A DNA stretch of 64,000 nucleotides from a phage. A program made the position numbers and the translations under genes. The notes below the pieces were generated by a model. It saw only the letters and a list, made by a program, of their open reading frames with translations. It was not told where the DNA came from and did no database searches. The DNA is taken from the NCBI GenBank assembly GCA_024672275.1, contig GCA_024672275.1_4536.1; one strand, 5' to 3'. Of the stretch, positions 55,467 to 63,760 are shown piece by piece (the stretch's first letter is position 1; every line of letters starts with the position of its first letter).

Positions 55467-55784
55467 TTATTTTTTGGTAAGTAGATAAATCAATTGTTCA
55501 CCTGCTTCTGGTGCATATAGTGCTTTAGTATCGAAGTCAAAGAAATGAGTGACTCCTGTTACTTTGGATGCATGAATAGATAATCGTGCAAGCTTAAGCA
55601 GATTATCCATTTCCGCAATCTTTGCACGAAATACTGCACGTGTAGCGTCAAAAGCTGCATGTGGCATGTATTTACGATTTAGACTACTACGTTTAAATTT
55701 ACGATAATCTGCAATGATCTTGTTACGTTCTTTGTTCAAGTGTTTTACCAGTGCAGTATATACATGTGGTTCTTTGTTAGCCAT
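55467..55784 (-). CDS. hypothetical basic protein (start adjusted to Met12 of track ORF)
   Basis: SD GAGGAG precedes the internal ATG. Confidence 0.35.
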   Translation of the reverse strand: MANKEPHVYTALVKHLNKERNKIIADYRKFKRSSLNRKYMPHAAFDATRAVFRAKIAEMDNLLKLARLSIHASKVTGVTHFFDFDTKALYAPEAGEQLIYLLTKK

Positions 55785-55989
55785 TGTTAATCTCCTCTTC
55801 ATATGTTGGTAGTGCATGGTATGCGATCACAGGTGCCAAGTCAAAATAAAAATGACCATTGATAACAGCTATCGTGCCATTGCGTGTTTTGTTAACTTCA
55901 CAGAATCCCTTCTTGCCGTTTGCCATGATTACAAGCCACTCTCCGATAGGAACATCCTCGGTACCAGATACTTTAATCCATCCACTCAC
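55777..55989 (-). CDS. hypothetical protein (70 aa)
   Basis: ORF only. Confidence 0.35.
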   Translation of the reverse strand: MSGWIKVSGTEDVPIGEWLVIMANGKKGFCEVNKTRNGTIAVINGHFYFDLAPVIAYHALPTYEEEINNG

Positions 55990-56246
55990 TTTACTTCCCC
56001 TTTGTAATCGGACACTATACCAGGTCTTACTTTTGCCTTAAGATGTTTCAACTCTGCCATAGGAGTTGCCACTTGTATAAGGTTAATAATTTCAACCTCG
56101 TAGATAGTATACTCATAACCCGCATACTTCCCGATGGAATGCAGGTATTTGATAGCATGTTCAGGTGAATCTGCTTCAACATACCCCAAATCTTTTGTAG
56201 TGCGGCCTTCACAGTCGCCTTCTGTAGTTACGTGATAAAGTGTCAT
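55986..56246 (-). CDS. hypothetical protein (86 aa)
   Basis: ORF only. Confidence 0.35.
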   Translation of the reverse strand: MTLYHVTTEGDCEGRTTKDLGYVEADSPEHAIKYLHSIGKYAGYEYTIYEVEIINLIQVATPMAELKHLKAKVRPGIVSDYKGEVK

Positions 56247-56388
56247 AAAACCTCCTCATAGTAAGGTAAAGCCTTGATCAGTTGTTCTGAAGTGCCATTT
56301 TGCACCCACGTAACACCCTTGTCAAGAGAAACAAACCCTTTCTTATCGATAAATTTACGGAGACAACCAGTGAACTTGTTTTTGTAGA

Positions 56389-56832
56389 TCATTTCTTCTT
56401 TCCTTTCTTTAATTTGTTGTGACCTTTACCCTTATAAAGCTTGTGATTACGAGCAGACGGGTTATTTTGGTTCTCCAGTCGGCTAACAGGTGTATTCCAA
56501 AGGTTTCCTGCTACAAAAGATGCTGCCACAAGTTCTTCCAGGTATACAAAATCCAAAGCAGGTATCTTTGTTTCCCTCGTCTCGCGTTCTACATTAGACA
56601 ACACACCTTCTTCCTTACTGTCTTCTTTTTCAATTACAGACCAACCCTCTTCCTGCCAAGCTTCCCCTCTGAACCAAGTTTCCATGTTATAACCTTGTTC
56701 GTCGAGAATAACACCATCTCGCATCTCAAACCATTCACCACCACAAAAATGGCGGTGCTCAACACGTCTACCTTCCTTCATTGCTTCTTTAGCTTCGGGC
56801 CAAGTCAGTTTGATGTTTTGGATGTTTTGCAT
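56389..56832 (-). CDS. hypothetical protein with basic C-terminal tail (147 aa)
   Basis: First gene of the leftward block after the divergent promoter region; K-rich C-terminus. Confidence 0.4.
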   Translation of the reverse strand: MQNIQNIKLTWPEAKEAMKEGRRVEHRHFCGGEWFEMRDGVILDEQGYNMETWFRGEAWQEEGWSVIEKEDSKEEGVLSNVERETRETKIPALDFVYLEELVAASFVAGNLWNTPVSRLENQNNPSARNHKLYKGKGHNKLKKGKKK

Positions 56833-56862
56833 TTGTTTTCTCCTTTTGTTTGGTAGGAGTTG

Positions 56863-56890
56863 ATCTTAACAAGATTAAAAAGTATGTCAA
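56863..56890 (-). promoter_or_regulatory. candidate sigma70 promoter TTGACA-16-TAAGAT for the leftward genes
   Basis: Perfect -35 hexamer on the minus strand, 16-nt spacer, 4/6 -10; approximate coordinates. Confidence 0.3.
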
Positions 56891-56893
56891 TAC

Positions 56894-56921
56894 TTGATCT
56901 GAAATTATTTTCAGGTATCAT
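56894..56921 (+). promoter_or_regulatory. candidate sigma70 promoter TTGATC-16-TATCAT for the rightward early genes
   Basis: Read on the plus strand ~25 nt upstream of the 56947 ORF; approximate coordinates. Confidence 0.3.
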
Positions 56922-56946
56922 GTATGAACATTAACAAGAGAGGTAG

Positions 56947-57240
56947 ATGATGAACATTACTTTAGCAACTAAGAATATTTCTGAAACAATTAACGGTTTT
57001 GGTGTGATTGTAGCCTTGCACGGTAACAATGAGAAATGGTTGGCTTCTTTTGAAGAGGATCGTCAACACAACATTATTTTAGATGCCCCTATAAAAGTTA
57101 TGCATATCGTTGGTGAAAGCAAAGTGCTCACTTCCTCCCGTTCAAAAGAACAAATTACAAATGAATTAGTAAAACTGCTTGACAATGTTCTTAACATGTT
57201 TGATAATGCACCCATCGATACAAAACGTGTCTTAATGTGA
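56947..57240 (+). CDS. hypothetical early protein (97 aa)
   Basis: ORF with SD GAGAGG. Confidence 0.4.
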   Translation: MMNITLATKNISETINGFGVIVALHGNNEKWLASFEEDRQHNIILDAPIKVMHIVGESKVLTSSRSKEQITNELVKLLDNVLNMFDNAPIDTKRVLM

Positions 57241-57252
57241 GAGGAGAACAAA

Positions 57253-57540
57253 ATGTACTATTCACAAGACGAAGTAGCAAACATTAAACTGGCAGTGGGC
57301 GATCTTATTGTGTCACCTAACTACTATTGGGATAACACAGATTTGGTTGAAGTAGTAACCTATGTTGGAGTTGAAGGTATTGTGCTCTACACACTAGGTG
57401 GAGGTGTTGTTGGGGAAATGGAACGTTATACGACAACGAAGAAACTGGTAAGCTCTTATCACATGTTTTTACACCAAGGTTCGGAAGAGTATACAGCTTT
57501 CTTGTTGAAATTAGATGCAGATCGGGAGAAGGCACGATGA
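57253..57540 (+). CDS. hypothetical protein (95 aa)
   Basis: ORF with SD GAGGAG. Confidence 0.4.
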   Translation: MYYSQDEVANIKLAVGDLIVSPNYYWDNTDLVEVVTYVGVEGIVLYTLGGGVVGEMERYTTTKKLVSSYHMFLHQGSEEYTAFLLKLDADREKAR

Positions 57541-57893
57541 AAATTGTACACGATGAAATTCAAATAGAAGAAAGTGACCTGATGGATTTGGATGCAGCTT
57601 TGGGGAAGGTAATCTATGCAGGAATTAAAGCCTTCCGTGAGAAGGCAAACAATAGCACGTTTGTCATGATCCCCACTAAACTGATGCGTGTTTTGTATCC
57701 AAATAGAAGTGCGCCGTATACAGATGAAGAAGAGGAGACAGGTAGAAGAGAGTGGTTAAATATTTTAGAAAAGATGGAGAATGCTTTTATTGATAGCGGT
57801 AATCCAGAAATCGTGTATGCTGAAGATCAAAGGAAGGCACGGTTAGAGGGCCGTCTTTTATTCGCTAGTTATTTTGACAATCTTTGGAGCTAA
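57537..57893 (+). CDS. hypothetical protein (118 aa)
   Basis: ATGA-coupled ORF. Confidence 0.4.
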   Translation: MKIVHDEIQIEESDLMDLDAALGKVIYAGIKAFREKANNSTFVMIPTKLMRVLYPNRSAPYTDEEEETGRREWLNILEKMENAFIDSGNPEIVYAEDQRKARLEGRLLFASYFDNLWS

Positions 57894-58072
57894 ATATGTC
57901 TGAATTCTTCACAATGGCTTTCTTAGGGATCTATCTGATTATTAGTGCTGTTGGCTTAATCATGTCTCTAATAGAGGAAATGGGAATTAAGTGGAATTGT
58001 GCATTCGGTATAGCTCTTATGCTCACTCCAGTTTGGATCTACATTTGCAAATCGGTTGAACTAATTGGTTAA
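57884..58072 (+). CDS. small membrane protein (62 aa)
   Basis: Two hydrophobic helices (FFTMAFLGIYLIISAVGLIMSLI; CAFGIALMLTPVWIYI). Confidence 0.4.
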   Translation: MELNMSEFFTMAFLGIYLIISAVGLIMSLIEEMGIKWNCAFGIALMLTPVWIYICKSVELIG

Positions 58073-58082
58073 TGGAGGTAAT

Positions 58083-58421
58083 ATGTTTAGTAAAGAAATG
58101 AGAGAGGTGATCGCTACTCTGGTAGTTGATCATGGTGTTGAAGTTGAGCGTCACGTTTGGAAAGACGAGCCTCCTTTCTTTGATTTGGCATCACGGGCTA
58201 AAAGTCACATGTATCTCCTTGAAGATGATAAGGATTTTATTCTGCGTATGCGTTATGATCGAGAGTTTAAAATTCCTCTTGACACAGATCCTGATGATGT
58301 AGTATTGTGGTTGGCAGAGCATTTCGCATTTAACGCTCTACATGGAAGAAGTTTTGGTAATGAACGTTGGGATACCATTTGTCGTAAACATAATATTGAA
58401 CCAGAATACGGGAGTATGTAA
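58083..58421 (+). CDS. hypothetical protein (start adjusted to Met7 of track ORF)
   Basis: SD GGAGGT precedes the internal ATG. Confidence 0.4.
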   Translation: MFSKEMREVIATLVVDHGVEVERHVWKDEPPFFDLASRAKSHMYLLEDDKDFILRMRYDREFKIPLDTDPDDVVLWLAEHFAFNALHGRSFGNERWDTICRKHNIEPEYGSM

Positions 58422-58672
58422 TGTTAAGCGTTAAGCCTAAGATGATCAGTGAAGACCAGAAAGATTTCATTTACAAGTGTGGACGAATCTGGAGAGAGTA
58501 TACCAAGGGTAACGAGGTCGTGGTGGTTACTGAACACCAGATTGAAATCTCTGATCTTTTCGGTGATTATTTGCAAGTGATCAAATTAGGCATTGACAGA
58601 GGTTTGGTGCAGGTGTTAACATTATCCCAAGTTGAAGCAGAACACTTAGACAAAATCATTGTCGAGTTCTAA
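58421..58672 (+). CDS. hypothetical protein (83 aa)
   Basis: ATGA-type coupled ORF. Confidence 0.4.
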   Translation: MLSVKPKMISEDQKDFIYKCGRIWREYTKGNEVVVVTEHQIEISDLFGDYLQVIKLGIDRGLVQVLTLSQVEAEHLDKIIVEF

Positions 58673-58685
58673 GAGGAGAAAGAAT

Positions 58686-58850
58686 ATGATCTCTTTAGAA
58701 TCAATAGCTTTTAAGAAAGGGTATACCGCAGGGTTCAAGTTTGGTATGTTTAATAAAGTAAATCCATATTGTCCAAAGACACACAAAAAGGAATTCGAAG
58801 AATGGGAAGATGGATTTTCTAAAGGCTACCAGGCAAAGGGTTGGTTGTAA
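58686..58850 (+). CDS. small hypothetical protein (start adjusted to Met10 of track ORF)
   Basis: SD AGGAGA precedes the internal ATG. Confidence 0.35.
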   Translation: MISLESIAFKKGYTAGFKFGMFNKVNPYCPKTHKKEFEEWEDGFSKGYQAKGWL

Positions 58851-58859
58851 GGAGATAAT

Positions 58860-59024
58860 ATGATTTTAAACTTCATCATCAATTTGTGTTTGACATTGGG
58901 ACTACTTTGTGCGATAGTATCCCCTCTGGTTGGTGAATATTGTTCAGAACTGGCGATGTTTATAGTTCTTGGTGCAGCTATTGCTAATATGTTTGTCGCT
59001 GCGATTTGTATGTTGTGGGAATAG
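58860..59024 (+). CDS. small membrane protein (~54 aa), not in supplied track
   Basis: SD AAGGAG + ATG; two hydrophobic helices (MILNFIINLCLTLGLLCAIV...MFIVLGAAIANMFVAAICMLW); read by eye. Confidence 0.4.
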   Translation: MILNFIINLCLTLGLLCAIVSPLVGEYCSELAMFIVLGAAIANMFVAAICMLWE

Positions 59025-59035
59025 GAGGGAAGTTT

Positions 59036-59392
59036 ATGAAAAAATTAATCTTAGCCACATTGCTGGCTACCGTAAGCTTCACCACTTACGCTCAAAAATT
59101 TGTAGCAGTTAAAACGGATATTGGTAAAGATGTTGTGATCACAGGCAACAAGTTTTACTATACATCTGGAAATGGTATTCTAGAAGAGTGCAAAGATGTT
59201 GAGGCATATACAGGAAAAGAAGATAACACGGAACGTCCTTTTTATTCGATTATAGCTACTTGCAAAAATGAAATAGTAGCTATTAAACAATACAAAGATG
59301 CACCTGGAGGAGAGTACTTATTAATCAAGAATATTAAGAGTGAAAAAACTGCAAAGTTTACAGTAATTATTTTAAAAGGAGAAACGTTCTAA
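59036..59392 (+). CDS. secreted hypothetical protein (start adjusted to Met11 of track ORF)
   Basis: SD AGGAGGG; signal peptide MKKLILATLLATVSFTTYAQ. Confidence 0.45.
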   Translation: MKKLILATLLATVSFTTYAQKFVAVKTDIGKDVVITGNKFYYTSGNGILEECKDVEAYTGKEDNTERPFYSIIATCKNEIVAIKQYKDAPGGEYLLIKNIKSEKTAKFTVIILKGETF

Positions 59393-60531
59393 TGAAATAC
59401 ACTATTTTTGGAGATGTGGCTGTTGTAAATAAGGAATATGGTGTTGAAGCTAATAAACTTCCTGCTGGAGTTTGGGTTGTCAACTGCGATCCGCACGGTA
59501 ACTACTCTTTAGTGCGTGGCGAAAGTTTCTCTCTTCCGAACACTCTTTATGGGGAAACTAAAGACCGCGCCGCACATGTTATTAAAACATTTGCTCGTCG
59601 TAGTAAAGAAGGTAAAAATACTGGGGTGTTACTGACAGGGACAAAGGGCAGTGGTAAGACGATGTTAGCTAAACTGATTAGCATGTCCCTAATGTCCACA
59701 GAAGGTTTAGGTATTCCAACCATTTTGGTGACACAGCCTTACACAGATGCTGGATTCTTAGAATTTATGAGTAAAATTACAGATCGTGCTGTTGTTTTAT
59801 TTGACGAGTTTGATAAAGTGTACGCTAAGAAAGAAGATCAGGAAGCACTGTTGACCTTGTTGGATGGAACAGGAAGTGGAAATAAACTTTACATCCTCAC
59901 TAAAAATAGTGGCTATATCTCAGAATATTTTGTAAACCGTCCTAGTCGTATCTACTACAGTTTCAATTACGATAAACTGTCTAGTGAAACTATGTTAGAT
60001 TACTTGGATAAGAACTTGGTAAATAAAAAGCACGTAGATAACTTCCAACGTTTATGGGATGTTAGCACAGAGTTGTCTTTCGATGTTATTCAAGGCATTG
60101 TAGAAGAATTGAATTTCTATCCAAAAATGACTTTTAAAGAATGTCTTGAAATGATGGGTATTTCTTTAGGGAACGATGCTAAATGGAATGTGGCTTCTAT
60201 CGTAGCTAATGGCAAAACCTTGAAGGTGAATTGGATCAATAACTGGCACGACTTCACCCCTACTAAGTTTTTGTCGGGTGCTTGTTCCCTGAACATCTAT
60301 CTACAAAGTTTGAAAGATGATGAAGTGGAAGCAATGGAAACCAACAGTTATGTTATCCTGGATGAAGATGGTGATCCACATATTGATCTATGTGCAACGG
60401 CTGATGGTCTAACTTGTGATCTGATTGAAGGTGGTAAGATTCTGGTTATGAGCACTACACCAGGAAACACTCTGCGAGTGGTTCTGGAGCCTGTAACACA
60501 ACGTTCCACTACCCTGGGTAGCGTATTCTGA
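59392..60531 (+). CDS. AAA-type ATPase (379 aa)
   Basis: Walker A LLTGTKGSGKT and Walker B VVLFDEFDK. Confidence 0.6.
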   Translation: MKYTIFGDVAVVNKEYGVEANKLPAGVWVVNCDPHGNYSLVRGESFSLPNTLYGETKDRAAHVIKTFARRSKEGKNTGVLLTGTKGSGKTMLAKLISMSLMSTEGLGIPTILVTQPYTDAGFLEFMSKITDRAVVLFDEFDKVYAKKEDQEALLTLLDGTGSGNKLYILTKNSGYISEYFVNRPSRIYYSFNYDKLSSETMLDYLDKNLVNKKHVDNFQRLWDVSTELSFDVIQGIVEELNFYPKMTFKECLEMMGISLGNDAKWNVASIVANGKTLKVNWINNWHDFTPTKFLSGACSLNIYLQSLKDDEVEAMETNSYVILDEDGDPHIDLCATADGLTCDLIEGGKILVMSTTPGNTLRVVLEPVTQRSTTLGSVF

Positions 60532-60547
60532 TACAGCACAAATAGCT

Positions 60548-60572
60548 AAACCCGCTTCGGCGGGTTTTGTTA
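60548..60572 (+). terminator. intrinsic terminator AAACCCGC-TTCG-GCGGGTTT + TTTTGTT
   Basis: Perfect GC stem with TTCG loop followed by a T-tract, after the ATPase gene. Confidence 0.6.
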
Positions 60573-60609
60573 TATTGATTTCAGTTTAATAGGGAGATAA
60601 TTGTTAGAT

Positions 60610-61599
60610 ATGCCAGTAAAGAAGAGTATTGAACAATATATTGAAGAGTGTCAACCTATTGCTGCTGCTAAAGGGATTGAGATTATTGGAATTGTTGAGC
60701 CGTTTACAGGACAACACACGAAAATGATCAATCGTTGTCAGTATGCTCATGAATGGAACACTACAACATTTAAAAACTTTAAAACTGGTCGTGCTGGTTG
60801 TCCTGTCTGTGCAATTGGGAAAGGATTTGGGAAAGGAGGTAAGACAGACGATCAGCACATAAAAGATTTCATTAACACAGGAAAGTTTAAACCTGGCACC
60901 ATTTTCACCAATACAGGCAAACGTAAAGGGAGTCATATTCTCTGGATGGTTGAATGTCCTGTTTGTTCTCATGATGAATACGTACAAGCAGGAGTGTGTG
61001 ATGGTAAATTTTACATTGCAGGGAACGATCTTAAAAAAGGGATTATCCCTTGTCGTTGTACTAGAGTTTACCGTTATACAAAAGATCAGATCACTTACAA
61101 GGTGAGAAAAGGTTTAGAAAGTAAAGGATATATCTGGATGGAGTGGATTAGTAAACCTTCCTCAACAGGAGAGTTTAAATATGGATGTAAGGATCACGGG
61201 GAGCAAATAGGGAATGCTGACCACTTATTACATAAGGGGCGTGGTTGTCCGCAGTGTAAAGGGCATACACAACAACAGGCATACATCAACTATATCTACG
61301 ATGAACAAAATCTTCTCTGTGCTTTGAAGTTTGGTATTGCCAATAGTAGTGATCGCCGTATCAAAGAACAAAATAGTCATAATGTGTTTACTATGAAACA
61401 GAGCCAAGTGTGGCACTTCCCTACTGTGAAGCAATGCAAAGATGCAGAAAAGCGTTGTAAGCGTGTCCTTCACACGGAAGCAGTGAGCAAATATTCTATG
61501 CCAGATGGCTACACAGAAACAGTAGAGTTATCTTGCATGGCCTCAATACAAAACATTTATAAACTTTATGGTGGAACATTACAGGAGGAAACATGTTAG
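60610..61599 (+). CDS. multi-zinc-ribbon protein with HNH-like CxxH...CPxC repeats (start uncertain)
   Basis: Repeated units CQYAHEW...GCPVC, ECPVCSHDEY, CKDHGEQIGNADHLLHKGRGCPQC; track start is a non-ATG codon, first ATG at Met4. Confidence 0.4.
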   Translation: MPVKKSIEQYIEECQPIAAAKGIEIIGIVEPFTGQHTKMINRCQYAHEWNTTTFKNFKTGRAGCPVCAIGKGFGKGGKTDDQHIKDFINTGKFKPGTIFTNTGKRKGSHILWMVECPVCSHDEYVQAGVCDGKFYIAGNDLKKGIIPCRCTRVYRYTKDQITYKVRKGLESKGYIWMEWISKPSSTGEFKYGCKDHGEQIGNADHLLHKGRGCPQCKGHTQQQAYINYIYDEQNLLCALKFGIANSSDRRIKEQNSHNVFTMKQSQVWHFPTVKQCKDAEKRCKRVLHTEAVSKYSMPDGYTETVELSCMASIQNIYKLYGGTLQEETC

Positions 61600-61958
61600 T
61601 TGACGTTCAAATTATGCGCAACGAAAGAATGGACTTCTTTGAAGCAGTAGAGAAACATCTGATTCGATGGGACTATGAATTTGTTCCTGCTGGATGTGGA
61701 CCAGTAGAGCATTTAGCGGAAGACGACGATGTATACATGATCATTCGTCAAGTGTACCAGACAGACCAGTGTGAAGAAACTCCCGAACTGATTTTGTTTG
61801 AGTGTAAAGATCTTGCAAAATATTTTGACTATGGCGGAAAAGAGGGTCATAATCTCTCCAGATACAATAAACGTCTACTTATCTTAGACTACATGCGGAA
61901 CAACAAACACAAACTCATCGACGCAGACGCAGTTTATGGCTACTGGTGGATGGATTAA
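61593..61958 (+). CDS. hypothetical protein (121 aa)
   Basis: ORF overlapping the upstream stop. Confidence 0.4.
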   Translation: MLVDVQIMRNERMDFFEAVEKHLIRWDYEFVPAGCGPVEHLAEDDDVYMIIRQVYQTDQCEETPELILFECKDLAKYFDYGGKEGHNLSRYNKRLLILDYMRNNKHKLIDADAVYGYWWMD

Positions 61959-61971
61959 CAAAGGAGAAACT

Positions 61972-62160
61972 ATGGCACGTTTAGCAGATAACCCTGTATT
62001 CTACCCCGTTCTTGATCTTTATGATGAATTGACATATGTTGTGGAGCGGTATAACTACAATGAAGATCTTTTGGAGACAAACCTTAAAGTGGTCCTGATG
62101 AAAGCCTATCAGAAAGGGCAACGTGAAATTTTGGAGAGTATGAAAAATGCGAATAACTGA
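61972..62160 (+). CDS. small hypothetical protein (start adjusted to Met13 of track ORF)
   Basis: SD AAGGAGA precedes the internal ATG. Confidence 0.35.
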   Translation: MARLADNPVFYPVLDLYDELTYVVERYNYNEDLLETNLKVVLMKAYQKGQREILESMKNANN

Positions 62161-62689
62161 TGATTATGTATTCTTCTTTTCACATAAAGATGTGTTTAGT
62201 AATTGGTATATTGCACCCTTTACAGAAACCGAACCAGGTTACAATCAAACATTTAATTGTGTCGAACAATATATGATGTGGCGTAAAGCTTTGCTTTTTA
62301 ATGACCACAACACTGCACAGGCTATTCTGACTCATAGTTTGATACGGAAAGATGAGAAGATCCAAGCTTATTACAAACGTATGGGTAGGGCAGTGTCGGA
62401 TTTTGATAACAACGTATGGGAAGAGAACCGTGAGCGTATTGTTATGCGAGGTTTATGCTTGAAATATGTACAGAATCCAGATTTGTATGCAGACTTACAC
62501 CTTTACCAATACAAAACGTTTGTTGAAGCAAGCCCCTACGATAAGGTTTACGGAATTGGAATGGGGATGTATGAACCAGGGGTGCTAAACCCTGCCACCT
62601 GGAAAGGGCAGAATCTTTTAGGCAAATATCATAATAAACTGATCGAAATACTTTTCCCAGACAAAATACCGCAAAGACGATATTTGTGA
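62147..62689 (+). CDS. NADAR (YbiA-like, DUF1768) family protein (180 aa)
   Basis: FFFSHKDVFSNWYIAPF, FNCVEQYMMWRKALLF and IVMRGLCLKYVQNPDL match the NADAR pattern. Confidence 0.65.
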   Translation: MRITDDYVFFFSHKDVFSNWYIAPFTETEPGYNQTFNCVEQYMMWRKALLFNDHNTAQAILTHSLIRKDEKIQAYYKRMGRAVSDFDNNVWEENRERIVMRGLCLKYVQNPDLYADLHLYQYKTFVEASPYDKVYGIGMGMYEPGVLNPATWKGQNLLGKYHNKLIEILFPDKIPQRRYL

Positions 62690-62745
62690 TATTTTAACTT
62701 TTTTCATTTTTAGAACAAAGGTGTCACTTTGTAGCACAGAAATAA

Positions 62746-62779
62746 GGCTCCTACAGCACCGTAGAGAGCCTATTATTTT
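62746..62779 (+). terminator. putative terminator GGCTCCTAC-(6 nt)-GTAGAGAGCC + TATTATTTT
   Basis: 9-bp stem with one bulge, then a T-rich tract, after the NADAR gene; approximate. Confidence 0.4.
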
Positions 62780-62930
62780 GTCCTATACAAACACTTGTCT
62801 TTTTCAGTTTGCATCACTGGGATTCGATCTGAGTGGGTTCCTGAAGGTCTGCCAATAAGATTAAAGGTTATCTCAAATTCCCATTACCTATTATCTCAAA
62901 AATCCCTCAAATTATTTAAACTTTTTAAGA

Positions 62931-63120
62931 ATTTACAAAAGTGAAAGTTGAAAACCAAAATTTAAAGTTTAGGAAAATTATCTTAAAATGTCAGATACAA
63001 AACAAAACTCAAAAGTCAAGGAAAATTTTAAAAATTTTGCGCGCCCACAGTATTTAAAGTTTTTTTGCTTTTACAAAAATGAAAGTACAAAAGCAAAATT
63101 TAAAGTTTACAAAAATTTAT
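62931..63120. repeat. AT-rich imperfect direct repeats (~46 bp, ~80% identical; core AAAATTTAAAGTTTA), iteron-like
   Basis: TACAAAAGTGAAAGTTGAAAACCAAAATTTAAAGTTTAGGAAAATT vs TACAAAAATGAAAGTACAAAAGCAAAATTTAAAGTTTACAAAAATT, with related words between; approximate coordinates. Confidence 0.5.
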
Positions 63121-63129
63121 GCAGATGGG

Positions 63130-63235
63130 AATGAGAAGAGTTCTCATATGGAAATGCAAATGATAATGATTCGCATTTAAGTTTATAAATGAGATTGATT
63201 CTTATTTAATAAGGTAAATGATAATCATTCTCATC
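63130..63235. promoter_or_regulatory. array of palindromic / Fur-box-like operator sites
   Basis: ATGAGAAGAGTTCTCAT palindrome; AAATGATAATGATTCGCATTT and AAATGATAATCATTCTCATC resemble the Fur box GATAATGATAATCATTATC; approximate coordinates. Confidence 0.4.
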
Positions 63236-63493
63236 TAGAGAATGACGCGCAGGGGCGGTGTTTGTCTCGCGCTCCCGTGTCCCCTCGCCATGTAATAAGA
63301 ATAACAGATCCAGCCAGGAAAGCAAGCGATTATTTTATCTTTACATTTCTTTACAAATATATAGCGCCCAGCCTACCGGCGATCAACCTTCCAACCAGTG
63401 CCCTGGTATGTTAGCCCCGCCTTTACGCCGTGGGGTGGCGCTTCCTCTTCTGTATGTAAAACAGTATAAGCCCGATCCCTGGGCTTGTCAAGA

Positions 63494-63760
63494 TTATTTT
63501 TTGTTTTCTTGCCAGGAAAGGACACCTAACCAAAAATGCATATCGCCCCGCGCCCCTGGTGGGATCTTGCTTTCCCCGCCGCCACTGCAAGCCCATAAAT
63601 AACCATCAGCGAACGGATCAAAGTTTTCTATTTCTTCCACCTTATGATCGCCCAGGTTGAGAACTGTTTCAACCTTTAAGCCCGTTGCGCTTGCTACCTG
63701 GTGCACCGTGCCGCCTTGCCAGCCCAATGAGTGCATAAGGTGTAATGTAGTATTTGTCAT
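63494..63760 (-). CDS. hypothetical protein in the GC-richer terminal segment (88 aa); coding status uncertain
   Basis: ORF with weak SD; N-terminal half looks protein-like, C-terminal half is G/P-rich. Confidence 0.25.
   Translation of the reverse strand: MTNTTLHLMHSLGWQGGTVHQVASATGLKVETVLNLGDHKVEEIENFDPFADGYLWACSGGGESKIPPGARGDMHFWLGVLSWQENKK

Noticed and set aside
62800-62870. tRNA suggested by a T-loop-like GGGATTCGATC
   Set aside because: No complementary T-stem, acceptor stem or anticodon arm could be built on either strand; no other intergenic region shows a GTTCRANYC T-arm.
62931-63120. Possible CRISPR array suggested by the direct repeats
   Set aside because: Only two or three imperfect AT-rich copies, irregular spacing, no cas genes; more consistent with iterons or regulatory repeats.
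63258-63602. 114-aa plus-strand ORF in the GC-richer terminal segment
   Set aside because: Low-complexity P/S/R/Q-rich translation, no RBS, and it overlaps the opposite-strand ORF; it looks like a by-product of GC-rich non-coding sequence.
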